64,000 bases of DNA. Source: Helicobacter cetorum. Its GTDB lineage: Bacteria > Campylobacterota > Campylobacteria > Campylobacterales > UBA6016. The DNA is taken from assembly GCA_022729705.1 (NCBI GenBank), contig DZAX01000002.1, positions 53,277 to 117,276 on the forward strand, written 5' to 3'. How positions within the stretch are numbered: the stretch's first letter is position 1; each line of letters opens with the position of its first letter. This document shows, piece by piece, positions 17,835 through 26,508 of this stretch. Under the pieces are notes generated by a model. That model did not search any database. It was not told the DNA's origin and saw nothing but the letters and a program-made list of their open reading frames with translations. The position numbers were made by a program, and so were the translations under genes.

Positions 17835-18179
17835 ATGAAAAAGTCGTTTTTTGCCATTGTTTTGGCTTCTAGTTTTGGTTATGCGGAGTCTTTTATCAGT
17901 TCTTACGAGTACGGCGAGATGTTATACAAAAACCCAAGAGGAATAGGTTGCGATAAGTGTCACGGAAAAAAAGGGGAGGGCATGGAGCTTGGCAGTTATA
18001 AAAAAAATGACAAGAGAATAAAAATAACCGCCCCTCAAATCTCTACACACTCTTTTATGGATCTCAAAAACGCTCTAATGCAAAATAGAAAAAAAAGCGT
18101 TATGCCTAAGTATTTTTTGACGAATGGTGAGATAGAAGTTTTAAGTCAGTATCTTAAAAAGGTAAATGAGAAAAAGTAG
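17835..18179 (+). CDS. small c-type cytochrome
   Basis: Signal peptide MKKSFFAIVLASS and haem-binding motif CDKCHG. The ATG at 17835 is preferred over the track start. Confidence 0.8.
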   Translation: MKKSFFAIVLASSFGYAESFISSYEYGEMLYKNPRGIGCDKCHGKKGEGMELGSYKKNDKRIKITAPQISTHSFMDLKNALMQNRKKSVMPKYFLTNGEIEVLSQYLKKVNEKK

Positions 18180-18227
18180 AGTTTTGTACTTTGATTTGCT
18201 TCAGGGTTATTTGACCCCAAAACAATT

Positions 18228-18323
18228 GTCGCCACTTCTCCGGCGAAGTCGGTAGCTTTAGAGGGTTGTAGGGACATTTGTCCCTGCCGCTAAAACGAAT
18301 GTATTCGTTTTAGCGCATAACAT
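18228..18323 (-). repeat. R2 intergenic repeat, copy 2
   Basis: The minus strand reads ATGTTATGCGCTAAAACGAATACATTCGTTTTAGCGGCAGGGACAAATGTCCCTACAACCCTCTAAAGCTACC.... It starts 8 nt after the hup stop, in sense orientation. Confidence 0.8.
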
Positions 18324-18330
18324 CATAACT

Positions 18331-18636
18331 TTAAGCTTTAGCGCCCTCTTCGGGAGCTTTTTTGCCTGTTACGGCTTCTTTAAGTTTTGCGCCTACCTTA
18401 AAGGAAACAGCTGCACTCTCAGGTATCTCGATAGTTTGACCTGTTCCAGGGTTTCTGCCTGTTCTCGCAGGTCTCTTTACGGCTTTAAAAGTGCCAAATC
18501 CTATAAAAGGAACATCCTGTCCTTTCGCTAAACTTTCAGTAATCACAGCAAGCATAGCGTTAAGATTTGCCTCGGAATCCTTTTTTGATGTGCCCGCTTT
18601 TGCAGCGACCATAGAGATAAACTCCGCCTTATTCAT
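18331..18636 (-). CDS. hup: HU-type DNA-binding protein
   Basis: MNKAEFI...GFGTFKAVKRPARTGRNPGTGQTIEIP; classic HU/IHF fold signature. Confidence 0.93.
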   Translation of the reverse strand: MNKAEFISMVAAKAGTSKKDSEANLNAMLAVITESLAKGQDVPFIGFGTFKAVKRPARTGRNPGTGQTIEIPESAAVSFKVGAKLKEAVTGKKAPEEGAKA

Positions 18637-18784
18637 TGGCTTCTCCCCTTTAAGTTAATGTAATGCACCTATATTCTAGCATAAAAACCAATGAAATCAA
18701 TGGTTCGCGCCCACAAAAAAAATAAAAATCACCAAATAACAAAGCTATATAAGCCATTATTAAGCTTAAAATATATGTTTTGCG

Positions 18785-18970
18785 CTACTTTTTACCACCA
18801 GTTTTGGTTTTTTTATTTAAAAAAGCTTTAATGGCGTTTGAGCCTTTATACATGGGCTCCAGTTTTTTTAAGCTGTCAAGATCGTCTACGCTCTCCTCTC
18901 TCTCCGCTTTTTTTTCTTTTTGTGGCTTAATAGCCTCGCCTTTTGCGTACTCTTCATCGTTTTCTATCAT
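18785..18970 (-). CDS. small Lys/Glu-rich hypothetical protein
   Basis: 61-aa ORF from ATG 18970, preceded by GGAGGGG at appropriate spacing. Function unknown. Confidence 0.45.
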   Translation of the reverse strand: MIENDEEYAKGEAIKPQKEKKAEREESVDDLDSLKKLEPMYKGSNAIKAFLNKKTKTGGKK

Positions 18971-19041
18971 AGCCAAACCCCTCCGGTGGTCTTAAGTTGT
19001 CGCTATCGCTGTTTTATTTAGCCTTATCTACAATTTCCTTA

Positions 19042-19383
19042 TTATTCAATTTCTAAACTTAAAAGTAAGAGTTCATCCCCGCTAATTAATTTTGTATTCA
19101 AAGAGCCGCACTTTTGGCATAGAAAATTTGACATTGTCGGGGTAAAACTACACCCGCAATCAAGGCACTCAGCCTTGAGGGCTATTCTCTGTATCTCCAT
19201 GACGGCTTCGGATGCGATTGTGTCAAATTTAAATGTGTCAAAAGCTGTTTTTAGAAGAGTCGGCTCAACCGAACTCATCTCTCCTATGCCAACCACAATT
19301 TTAAACACTTTTGAGGCGTTGTTTGCAACTGCGTTTTGTTCGCAAAGGTCAAGCAGACTTTGAACTATCGAGTATTCGTGCAT
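19042..19383 (-). CDS. hypA: hydrogenase nickel-insertion protein HypA
   Basis: MHEYSIVQSLL... and C-terminal CxxC...CxxC (CLDCG, CQKCG). The TGATG overlaps the hypE stop. Confidence 0.9.
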   Translation of the reverse strand: MHEYSIVQSLLDLCEQNAVANNASKVFKIVVGIGEMSSVEPTLLKTAFDTFKFDTIASEAVMEIQRIALKAECLDCGCSFTPTMSNFLCQKCGSLNTKLISGDELLLLSLEIE

Positions 19384-20378
19384 CAGCAAATCCTAGGCAA
19401 CAGTTCACCGCTTGGATACTCCATAATCCGTCTTGCGCCATATTTATTATTTATAACTACTCTATTTTTTCCATCATTCACAATCTCGCCGACGCATGCC
19501 GCATCTTTTGTAAACTCTTCACTTCTCAATATATCCAAAATCTCCTCTTCTCCGTCTCTGACCGCCAAAACAAAAGTTCCTTCGTTTGCAAGGCTAAAAG
19601 GCTCAAAACCCAAAAGTTCGCATACGCCCATAACTTCCGGCAAAACTGTAAAAGAGTCTTCGTTTGCGTTTATAGATACGTCGGAAGAGAGACACCATTC
19701 GTTTAAAACAGCTGCGATACCACCCCTTGTCGCATCTCTCATAGCTATTATTTTTGCTTTTGAGGCAAGCAATTTTTCTACTATCGGCCACATAGAGGCA
19801 CAATCGCTCTTAAGTGAGCTTTTTAACTCCATTCCCTCTCTCGCCGAAAATATAGCGGCTCCATGCTCTCCTATACTCCTTGATACTATTATCTTATCGC
19901 CAGCTTTTAAGTTTTTACAACTCAGTCCATCGCACACGACTTCTCCAACTGCGGAGGTGTTGATAAATATTTTGTCCAAACTACCGCGCGGAGCTATCTT
20001 TGTATCTCCGGTTACCACCATGGCGCCGTTTTTTGCAAGCTCTGTGGCTATCGAATCCGCTATAGTTTTTAGACTCTCTATGCTAAAACCCTCTTCTATG
20101 ATGAGAGAGAGCGAAAGATATTTTGGCTTTGCCCCCATCATAGCAAGGTCGTTACAGCTCCCGCATACGGCTATTTTGCCTATATCGCCGCCCGCAAAAA
20201 ATATCGGGCTAACTATAAAACTGTCGGTCGTAAAAGCGGTTTTACCATCTATTTTAAATACCGCAGCATCTTCCGCTGAAAGTAAAATATCATTTTTTAA
20301 CCTTGAAAAAAATACTTCATTTATCAACTTATTTGACTCTATTCCACCGCTTCCATGCGCTAAAGTAACACCGCTCAT
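19383..20378 (-). CDS. hypE: hydrogenase maturation protein HypE
   Basis: AIR-synthase-like sequence ending in PRIC. Confidence 0.92.
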   Translation of the reverse strand: MSGVTLAHGSGGIESNKLINEVFFSRLKNDILLSAEDAAVFKIDGKTAFTTDSFIVSPIFFAGGDIGKIAVCGSCNDLAMMGAKPKYLSLSLIIEEGFSIESLKTIADSIATELAKNGAMVVTGDTKIAPRGSLDKIFINTSAVGEVVCDGLSCKNLKAGDKIIVSRSIGEHGAAIFSAREGMELKSSLKSDCASMWPIVEKLLASKAKIIAMRDATRGGIAAVLNEWCLSSDVSINANEDSFTVLPEVMGVCELLGFEPFSLANEGTFVLAVRDGEEEILDILRSEEFTKDAACVGEIVNDGKNRVVINNKYGARRIMEYPSGELLPRIC

Positions 20379-21502
20379 ATAGACTTCCCGTATTTAAAAT
20401 ATGCGGCGCAAGCGCCTTCTGAACTAACCATACACGAACCAAGAGGCGAAGAGGGCGTACAAGCTGTTCCAAACACCTTACAATCATACGGCTTCGCCTT
20501 ACCTTTTAACACGTCTCCGCAAATGCAAAGCTTATGATCGCTCGCTTGCTCGGTCGGCAAAAAATCACTAAAAACTTTATACGCATCAAGATGTGAATAC
20601 TCACTCTTTAACCTAAGAGAACTCTTCTCGATTGCGCCTATGCCTCTCCATACAAACAAATCATCAACTTCCATATATTTGCCTATAAGCTCGGCGGCTT
20701 TGAGGTTTGGCTCCTCTTTTACGCTTCTTATGTACTCTATCTCTGTTTCGCTCCTACCTTCTAGCTTTTGAGTAACAAGCATAGATATCGCCTGCATAAT
20801 ATCAACAGGCTCAAATCCAGCCGCCACTATCGGCACGCCATATTTTTCGCTTATCGGTTTGTATATTTTGGAACCCGTAATAACGCTTACATGCGCGGGA
20901 GCCAAAAAGGCGTTTACTTTTGTCTCAGGGTCATCCATGATGACGCACATTGGCTCCGGTACGGTGACATGATTGATTGCATAAAACAAATTGTTTAACT
21001 CCGCCTTAATCGCCCTATCAATAAGAGCCGCAGTCATAGGGGTGGTGGTTTCAAAACCTATCGCAAAGTATATTACTTTTTTTTGCGGATTTTGGGCGGC
21101 GATTTTTAGGATTTCGCTCGGGGAGTAGACAAAGCGCACATCGGCGCCCTCTCCTCTGATTTGAGAAAGAGATTTTTTGGAACCGGGTACTCTTATCATG
21201 TCGCCCAAAGTGACAACTATCGTGTCGTCCATTCCCGCAAGAGCTATGGCGGAGTCTATTCTGTTTTTTGGCATTATGCAGACGGGACATCCAGGACCGT
21301 GGACAAACTCAATATTCTCCGGCATCATTTGATTAATACCATACTTCATAATAGTATGAGTATGTCCGCCGCACACCTCCATAATAAACAGTTTTTCACT
21401 TAACGCTTTCGCCTCTTCGGTTATCTTGCGTTTTAGTGCAAATATAGTCCCCTTATCCCTAAATCCATCAAATAAGATATTAAAATCAATCGTTTTACTC
21501 AC
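20375..21502 (-). CDS. hypD: hydrogenase maturation protein HypD
   Basis: CGGHTH and GPGCPVC motifs. Confidence 0.93.
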   Translation of the reverse strand: MSKTIDFNILFDGFRDKGTIFALKRKITEEAKALSEKLFIMEVCGGHTHTIMKYGINQMMPENIEFVHGPGCPVCIMPKNRIDSAIALAGMDDTIVVTLGDMIRVPGSKKSLSQIRGEGADVRFVYSPSEILKIAAQNPQKKVIYFAIGFETTTPMTAALIDRAIKAELNNLFYAINHVTVPEPMCVIMDDPETKVNAFLAPAHVSVITGSKIYKPISEKYGVPIVAAGFEPVDIMQAISMLVTQKLEGRSETEIEYIRSVKEEPNLKAAELIGKYMEVDDLFVWRGIGAIEKSSLRLKSEYSHLDAYKVFSDFLPTEQASDHKLCICGDVLKGKAKPYDCKVFGTACTPSSPLGSCMVSSEGACAAYFKYGKSI

Positions 21503-21752
21503 CTATAGCTTCTCTTTTTTCCTCTTCATCCATTTGCGCTATTATCTCTTTGAATGTTTCTATACTAAGAAGTGCGCTCTCTTCATCTATTTTGTTTATT
21601 GCATACCCTATGTGTATTAGCACATAGTCGCCGATATTCAAGGACTCCGGCATCAAGTCGAGGCTTACAGATCTTTGAACGCCTAACGTATCAACCGTAG
21701 CCGTGTTGTCTGCATCAAGAGAGACTACTTTTGAGGGAATAGAAAGACACAT
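21495..21752 (-). CDS. hypC: hydrogenase maturation chaperone HypC
   Basis: MCLSIPSKV N-terminus; about 85 aa. Confidence 0.9.
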   Translation of the reverse strand: MCLSIPSKVVSLDADNTATVDTLGVQRSVSLDLMPESLNIGDYVLIHIGYAINKIDEESALLSIETFKEIIAQMDEEEKREAIGE

Positions 21753-21754
21753 AC

Positions 21755-22522
21755 TTAACTCCTAAGCTCTTTTTTAAATTTAAGGTAATTTACCCATTTT
21801 TGTATTGATTCTTCATCTTTTATCGAGAGTTCCAAAATATCCGCCTTTGGATTGAGCCTTCTTGCATCCTCTTTTGCGCTTTTGATGTCAAAATCAAAAT
21901 ACGGCGTCAAATCGCACTTTGTAAACACTATCAAATCCGCCGCACGAAACATCACGGGATATTTTTGTATCTTGTCGGCGCCCTCCGGAATAGACAAAAG
22001 CACGACGTTTAGGTGGGCTCCAAGGTCATAGCTAGCCGGACACACTAGATTTCCAACGTTTTCGATAAACACTATATCCATATCGTTTATCGGTAGCTCG
22101 TGAAGAGCGTGATGCACCATGTGTGCGTCGAGGTGACACGCCGTACCGGTTGTTATCTGGTATGCGGCGGCGCCTTTTGCTATTATGCGCTCAGCGTCTT
22201 TGTTTGTTTCAAGGTCGCCCTCTATTACGGCTATTTTTAAACCACCGTTTTCTATTGTTTTTTCTAGTAGGCTTGTTTTGCCGCTTCCCGGAGAGCTCAT
22301 TAGATTTACCGCCAACACTCCGGCTTCGTTGAAATGCTCTCTATTTCCAGCCGCTTCTTTATCATTTTCATCAAGTATTTTTGTTATTACGGCTATTGTT
22401 TTTTTATCATTTAGTTGCGGGTTTTGGTGTAAATGGTCGTGTTTGTGGTGATGGTCATGACCGTGGTCGTGATGGTGTCCCGCCCTAGCTCCCGCTATCG
22501 TACATCCGCAATCTTTGCACAT
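21755..22522 (-). CDS. hypB: hydrogenase nickel-incorporation GTPase HypB
   Basis: N-terminal CxxCGC plus a His-rich tract (GHHHDHGHDHHHKHDH) and P-loop SPGSGKTS. Confidence 0.92.
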   Translation of the reverse strand: MCKDCGCTIAGARAGHHHDHGHDHHHKHDHLHQNPQLNDKKTIAVITKILDENDKEAAGNREHFNEAGVLAVNLMSSPGSGKTSLLEKTIENGGLKIAVIEGDLETNKDAERIIAKGAAAYQITTGTACHLDAHMVHHALHELPINDMDIVFIENVGNLVCPASYDLGAHLNVVLLSIPEGADKIQKYPVMFRAADLIVFTKCDLTPYFDFDIKSAKEDARRLNPKADILELSIKDEESIQKWVNYLKFKKELRS

Positions 22523-22539
22523 TATAAATCCTTTATATC

Positions 22540-23331
22540 TTAATTCCAGTCGTGAGCGTGTAAATGCTCGTGTGTCTCGTCTTCGTGGGCATGCTTGTGA
22601 GAGTGCAAAAGTCCGGCTTTTAGCATAGCCTCTTTATCATTTAAGAACTCTTCGGTTTTTCCATCAAACACAACTCGACCATCTTTTAGCACAATCGCTC
22701 TTGCGCCAAGCTCGCACGCCAAAGATAGGTTGTGAGTTGCGCTAATCACGCACGCACCCAAAGCATCCAACAACTCCACAAGCCTAGCGCTCCAAAAAGG
22801 GTCAAGTGCGCTTGTCGGTTCATCGAGAAGAAAGGCTGATGGTTCAAGCGCAAAAAGACACGCAAGCGCCGCCCTCTGTTTCTCGCCTCCGCTAATAGCC
22901 AGCGCAAATTCGTCAAGCCTCTCTTTAAGCCCAAACATATTCGCCGCACGCACGACTTTGGCGTCTATATTGCTAAGCCCAAATCTTGTCGGTGAAAACG
23001 CAATATCTTCATATATGCTTTTGCAAAAAAACATCGCCTCGTAGTTTTGAAATAGCAAGACGCATTTTTGTCTAAAATCTTTTTCAAAGAGCTTATTAAA
23101 ACTTTTTTTAGCGACAATTTGACCATCAAAACTAAAATTTCCGCCGCTTGCAAAATAAAGAGCGTTTAATATCTTTAAAAGCGTGGTTTTGCCGCTTCCG
23201 TTTAGCCCCAGAAGAACAACTTTTTCACTCACCCCAATCTCAAACGATATATTGTCTAATATTGTTTTTCCGTCTTTTAAATATGTTAGGTTTGATATTT
23301 TAAACACTGTGCTCCTTTCCGTCATCTGCAT
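22540..23331 (-). CDS. ABC/ECF-type transporter ATP-binding protein with His-rich C-terminal tail
   Basis: Walker A GLNGSGKTT, signature ISGGEKQR, Walker B FLLDEP. The tail reads HSHKHAHEDETHEHLHAHDWN. The start is ambiguous (23343 TTG, or 23331/23325 ATG). Confidence 0.85.
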   Translation of the reverse strand: MQMTERSTVFKISNLTYLKDGKTILDNISFEIGVSEKVVLLGLNGSGKTTLLKILNALYFASGGNFSFDGQIVAKKSFNKLFEKDFRQKCVLLFQNYEAMFFCKSIYEDIAFSPTRFGLSNIDAKVVRAANMFGLKERLDEFALAISGGEKQRAALACLFALEPSAFLLDEPTSALDPFWSARLVELLDALGACVISATHNLSLACELGARAIVLKDGRVVFDGKTEEFLNDKEAMLKAGLLHSHKHAHEDETHEHLHAHDWN

Positions 23332-23342
23332 TATTATAATCA

Positions 23343-23358
23343 ATTGACCCTCTGATTA
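23343..23358 (-). repeat. R1 repeat terminal module, partial copy (ATTGA-CCCTCTGATTA)
   Basis: Matches ATTGAACCCTCTGATTA at 53234-53250 and the reverse complement of 59964-59980, with one base missing. Confidence 0.5.
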
Positions 23359-23595
23359 AATATGAAATTTTAAGAACAGCTAGCCGCAAGAGCCGTCGAT
23401 GAGAGAATCTCTTTTGGCTCTCATAATTTTTCTCCATTAAAACTTTTGGAAATATTCTGATTTTTTGACAAGTTATCTAAAATCTCATTTTCAACATTTT
23501 TACCAAAGATGATTACTTGGGAGGTTGTTTGGAAATTTAGGAGTATTTATATTTGTGAATTTTAAAAATATTGTATTATAATGAAAAGTAGTATT

Positions 23596-23640
<45 letters not shown>

Positions 23641-23701
23641 AGCGATGTTCTGCGTTTAGTTTCTTCCAGTATCTTTATATTTACGCCTCTGCTCTGCTTT
23701 C

Positions 23702-23729
23702 TTGACATTGCCCGAAAATATGCTAAAAT
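23702..23729 (+). promoter_or_regulatory. sigma70-like promoter (TTGACA-16-TAAAAT) 6 nt upstream of ATG 23736, implying a leaderless or near-leaderless mRNA
   Basis: Read directly: cTTGACAttgcccgaaaatatgcTAAAATatccccATG. Confidence 0.35.
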
Positions 23730-23735
23730 ATCCCC

Positions 23736-23966
23736 ATGAGCAAGATTGACGAAATAAAAGAAGATTTAAGTTTTTTGAGGACTGTTTTTAGTCTTCTATT
23801 TGGTGCTGTTCTTTTGATGATGGGCGGGTTGGTTGCTCGCTTTGACTCTCTTAAGATTGACGCCTTTTTTTGGGCTGGCTTCTTTTTGACCTCTGTATTT
23901 TTAATCGTCTTATTTCTTGTGTATCTTAGAATTAAAAAATCAACTTCTAGTTTGAGGGATTTATAA
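23736..23966 (+). CDS. small 2-TM membrane protein (module gene 1)
   Basis: MSKIDEIKEDLSFLRTVFSLLFGAVLL.... It is a paralogue of the disrupted gene at 62219-62638 (MGKIDEIKE...). Confidence 0.6.
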   Translation: MSKIDEIKEDLSFLRTVFSLLFGAVLLMMGGLVARFDSLKIDAFFWAGFFLTSVFLIVLFLVYLRIKKSTSSLRDL

Positions 23967-24064
23967 TGTCTCTTCCTGTCTTAGCTATTACTTTTCTTGG
24001 CTTGGCTCTTGCTGGTATTGTTCTTTATGCCGCTTATGATTTACCTAACGGGCGCAAGTCTTGA
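23966..24064 (+). CDS. 32-aa single-TM peptide (module gene 2)
   Basis: TAATG overlap with the upstream gene; MSLPVLAITFLGLALAGIVLYAAYDLPNGRKS. It matches the 62128-62226 ORF in length and position. Confidence 0.45.
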   Translation: MSLPVLAITFLGLALAGIVLYAAYDLPNGRKS

Positions 24065-24102
24065 ATTAAAATCTTTCTCTTTAATGCGCTTGTTTAGATC
24101 TT

Positions 24103-24705
24103 TTATTCGTCTCTCATCTCTATTATTATTCTTCTCTCACCCCTTATTGCATCGCCAATTATTTCTTCCATATTCTCATCCAGCTTATGATTATTGCTAT
24201 AAAACTTTATAAGCGTATCTGTATATAATCTGTTCTCTATTATTGCCTTGTATTCTTCAAATTCTTCTTTGCTGAGTTCTTTTTCCACGGCTCCATAAAA
24301 GTTCTCTTCTTCTTCTTTTTCTTTTTTCCCTTTTTTCCAAAGAAGCTTCTTTTCTGTTACCATCTTTGTAATCTTTTTTATACTTTCGTTTTTAACTATT
24401 TTTGTAAAATATTCTATCTCTTCTTTGCTCATGTCTTTTGTGGCGTTCTCAATTGTCGCTTTTATCATCTCTCTTATAAAAATTGGGTCATTCCCCATAT
24501 TTGTTATTCTGTCTTTTTCTTCTATCTTTTGTTTATCTGTAAGTTTGCTTTTATCTATTCTTTTCTCTACATTTTTTAAGCCTGTTTTCCAGCTTTTTTT
24601 AAAAACTTCATCCGCTCCTTGCCGCATCATCTCATCGACTATTTCTAGCCTGCCTGCATTTGCTATACTTAGCAATATCATCATAACTACAACAATCTTT
24701 TTCAT
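24103..24705 (-). CDS. secreted Lys/Glu-rich protein (possible lysogenic-conversion or exclusion gene)
   Basis: Signal-peptide-like MKKIVVVMMILLSIANAG. It is co-oriented with, and downstream of, the repressor gene. Confidence 0.6.
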   Translation of the reverse strand: MKKIVVVMMILLSIANAGRLEIVDEMMRQGADEVFKKSWKTGLKNVEKRIDKSKLTDKQKIEEKDRITNMGNDPIFIREMIKATIENATKDMSKEEIEYFTKIVKNESIKKITKMVTEKKLLWKKGKKEKEEEENFYGAVEKELSKEEFEEYKAIIENRLYTDTLIKFYSNNHKLDENMEEIIGDAIRGERRIIIEMRDE

Positions 24706-24750
24706 TTCTCTTTCTCCTTAGTTTTTATAGCTGTCAATCTGCCATCTTCA

Positions 24751-25158
24751 TCAAGCAAAAAGAGCGTCGTGCTCTTCTCTCGCTTGTGGGCTTTTTGTCT
24801 CGTCCTCTTCTCCTGACCTCTCCAGACTCTCTGCCATGATTTTATGATAGTAATATTTTTGCCTATCTGGTGTTAGCTTCTGTAGTGCTTTTATAGTTTC
24901 GTCAAAACCATCATCTTTCGGTTCTTTTGCTCTTTTTTCCTGATCCAAAAACATTTCACCGTTTCCAGCTATTAACCAATTGGTATTTATTTTAAAAACT
25001 TCTACCAGCTTGATTATGTAGTCTACCGTTGGCGTTCTTTCACCTGTTTCATACCTTGAAACTTGGACTTTGTTAGTTCCCATTCTTTCGGCAAAGTCCG
25101 CCTGAGACATATCTTGTTTTTTTCTTAATTCTGTTAATCTTTTTGAAATATTTACCAT
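24751..25158 (-). CDS. XRE/cI-like HTH repressor
   Basis: LRKKQDMSQADFAERMGTNKVQVSRYETGERTP; typical HTH_3. It is divergent from the rightward operon. Confidence 0.85.
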   Translation of the reverse strand: MVNISKRLTELRKKQDMSQADFAERMGTNKVQVSRYETGERTPTVDYIIKLVEVFKINTNWLIAGNGEMFLDQEKRAKEPKDDGFDETIKALQKLTPDRQKYYYHKIMAESLERSGEEDETKSPQAREEHDALFA

Positions 25159-25173
25159 TTGGTGTTTTTACCC

Positions 25174-25202
25174 TTGACTTTTGTACACCAATTGGTTATC
25201 AT
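25174..25202 (+). promoter_or_regulatory. rightward promoter TTGACT-17-TATCAT with embedded 10-bp palindrome ACCAATTGGT (candidate operator)
   Basis: -35 at 25174-25179, palindrome at 25187-25196, -10 at 25197-25202. A second identical palindrome lies at 24975-24984. Confidence 0.4.
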
Positions 25203-25452
25203 TCCCCCATAGCAAACTTGAATTACCCATTTTCGCCCTTGCTATAAAGTTCTTTAGTAGTTCTCCAGCTTATCAAATACTCTTTCAACACTTTTATCAT
25301 TTTTGTTTAGTTTCTTCCTTGTTCCTTGTTTGTTCGGTAGTTACGCCGTCTTCTTCGCCAAATTCTTCGTAACTACCGGCTTTAGCTTTTTATTTGCGCC
25401 CCACAGATAAAAAAGCTCTAATATTATACCCCCGTTTGATAAAGGAGTTGAT

Positions 25453-25956
25453 ATGGATTTTGAAAAAACCCGTTTTCAACCGCGCGACGCTGTCATGTAT
25501 ACGCTATTACGAGACGCTCTTTCGGCTTTTGCCAAAAAAGAGGGTTTTGGACGCTATGACTCACATTTTGCCACTGTTTTAGGCTATACAAGCAAAAACG
25601 GCAATATCCAGTTCCTTTCCAGTATCCAAGATGTTTCCGTTCGTAGATTTGGACTTGACGAGTTCTGCGTACTCATTCGTGAACTCGGTCTTGAGTCTAG
25701 CCCTATTATAAATCGTATGCTTGAGGGTTCAGGTCTTATTTGTGTTTCTGCCGATTCACCCACTCTTGATAGTATCTCGTCTTTTCCAGTTATCCATCTT
25801 ATAAAAAGCGGTGAGCTTGCAAGCTCTCTAGTCTCTGCACTTCAAGACGGGGCATTGACGAAAAAAGAAGAGGTTGAAATTTTTGAGCAAATAGACTCAA
25901 TCATTGGTTTTCTCTCTTCTCTAAGACATACAGTAAAGGAGTATGCGCCATGTTAG
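25453..25956 (+). CDS. hypothetical protein (early region)
   Basis: 167-aa ORF, first gene of the rightward operon, with T-rich third-position codon usage. Confidence 0.55.
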   Translation: MDFEKTRFQPRDAVMYTLLRDALSAFAKKEGFGRYDSHFATVLGYTSKNGNIQFLSSIQDVSVRRFGLDEFCVLIRELGLESSPIINRMLEGSGLICVSADSPTLDSISSFPVIHLIKSGELASSLVSALQDGALTKKEEVEIFEQIDSIIGFLSSLRHTVKEYAPC

Positions 25957-26237
25957 ATGATAAATTAGATACTAGTTCTGAGCAATCAGACGTCCCATCG
26001 GGGTTTTCCCTCTTTGATGGTGCCGATCCATTTGATATGACCATTTCTGTTTTTATCGAATATATCAATAATCATATGTTCGGCGAATCCGACAAACAGT
26101 TTTTATTAAATGTCGGCAACGGTTCTATTACTTACGGTGAGCATATTGCGTTTTCTGCTCTCGTAGAAACTGCACAAGCTAGACTTAAAGATTTTTCTGA
26201 CGCTCTCGCCAAATCGCCTTATTCTAAAAAACAGTAA
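25950..26237 (+). CDS. hypothetical protein
   Basis: 95-aa ORF, overlapping the previous gene by 7 nt. Confidence 0.5.
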   Translation: MLDDKLDTSSEQSDVPSGFSLFDGADPFDMTISVFIEYINNHMFGESDKQFLLNVGNGSITYGEHIAFSALVETAQARLKDFSDALAKSPYSKKQ

Positions 26238-26249
26238 AACGCCTCAAAA

Positions 26250-26507
26250 ATGAGTAAGCTAGAACAAAGAGAGTCTGAACTTTTAGCACTTCATTCAGAT
26301 ATTGCCGCTTCTCAGCCAATTTATATTAACCCTCCTTGTTCCATAAAAAACAAGGACGGCTCTATCTCTCATTTTGTTTGGGAATGCTCGTTTAGTCCTG
26401 ATGAATGCCATGAGTCCACTAGGCTCATGGAGATTTTAGAAACTCCATCGGGTCGCATTGGTTATTTTGAATCTGTTTTTACTCGCCCTGTCGACTTGGT
26501 GATTTGA
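26250..26507 (+). CDS. hypothetical protein
   Basis: 85-aa ORF; abuts the integrase gene. Confidence 0.5.
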   Translation: MSKLEQRESELLALHSDIAASQPIYINPPCSIKNKDGSISHFVWECSFSPDECHESTRLMEILETPSGRIGYFESVFTRPVDLVI

Positions 26508-26508
26508 T

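Noticed and set aside
19336-20382. 348-aa plus-strand ORF covering the whole hypE region
   Set aside because: It is antisense to a well-supported hypE gene. Its translation is low-complexity (S/P/A/I-rich) with no motifs, so it is a typical shadow ORF.
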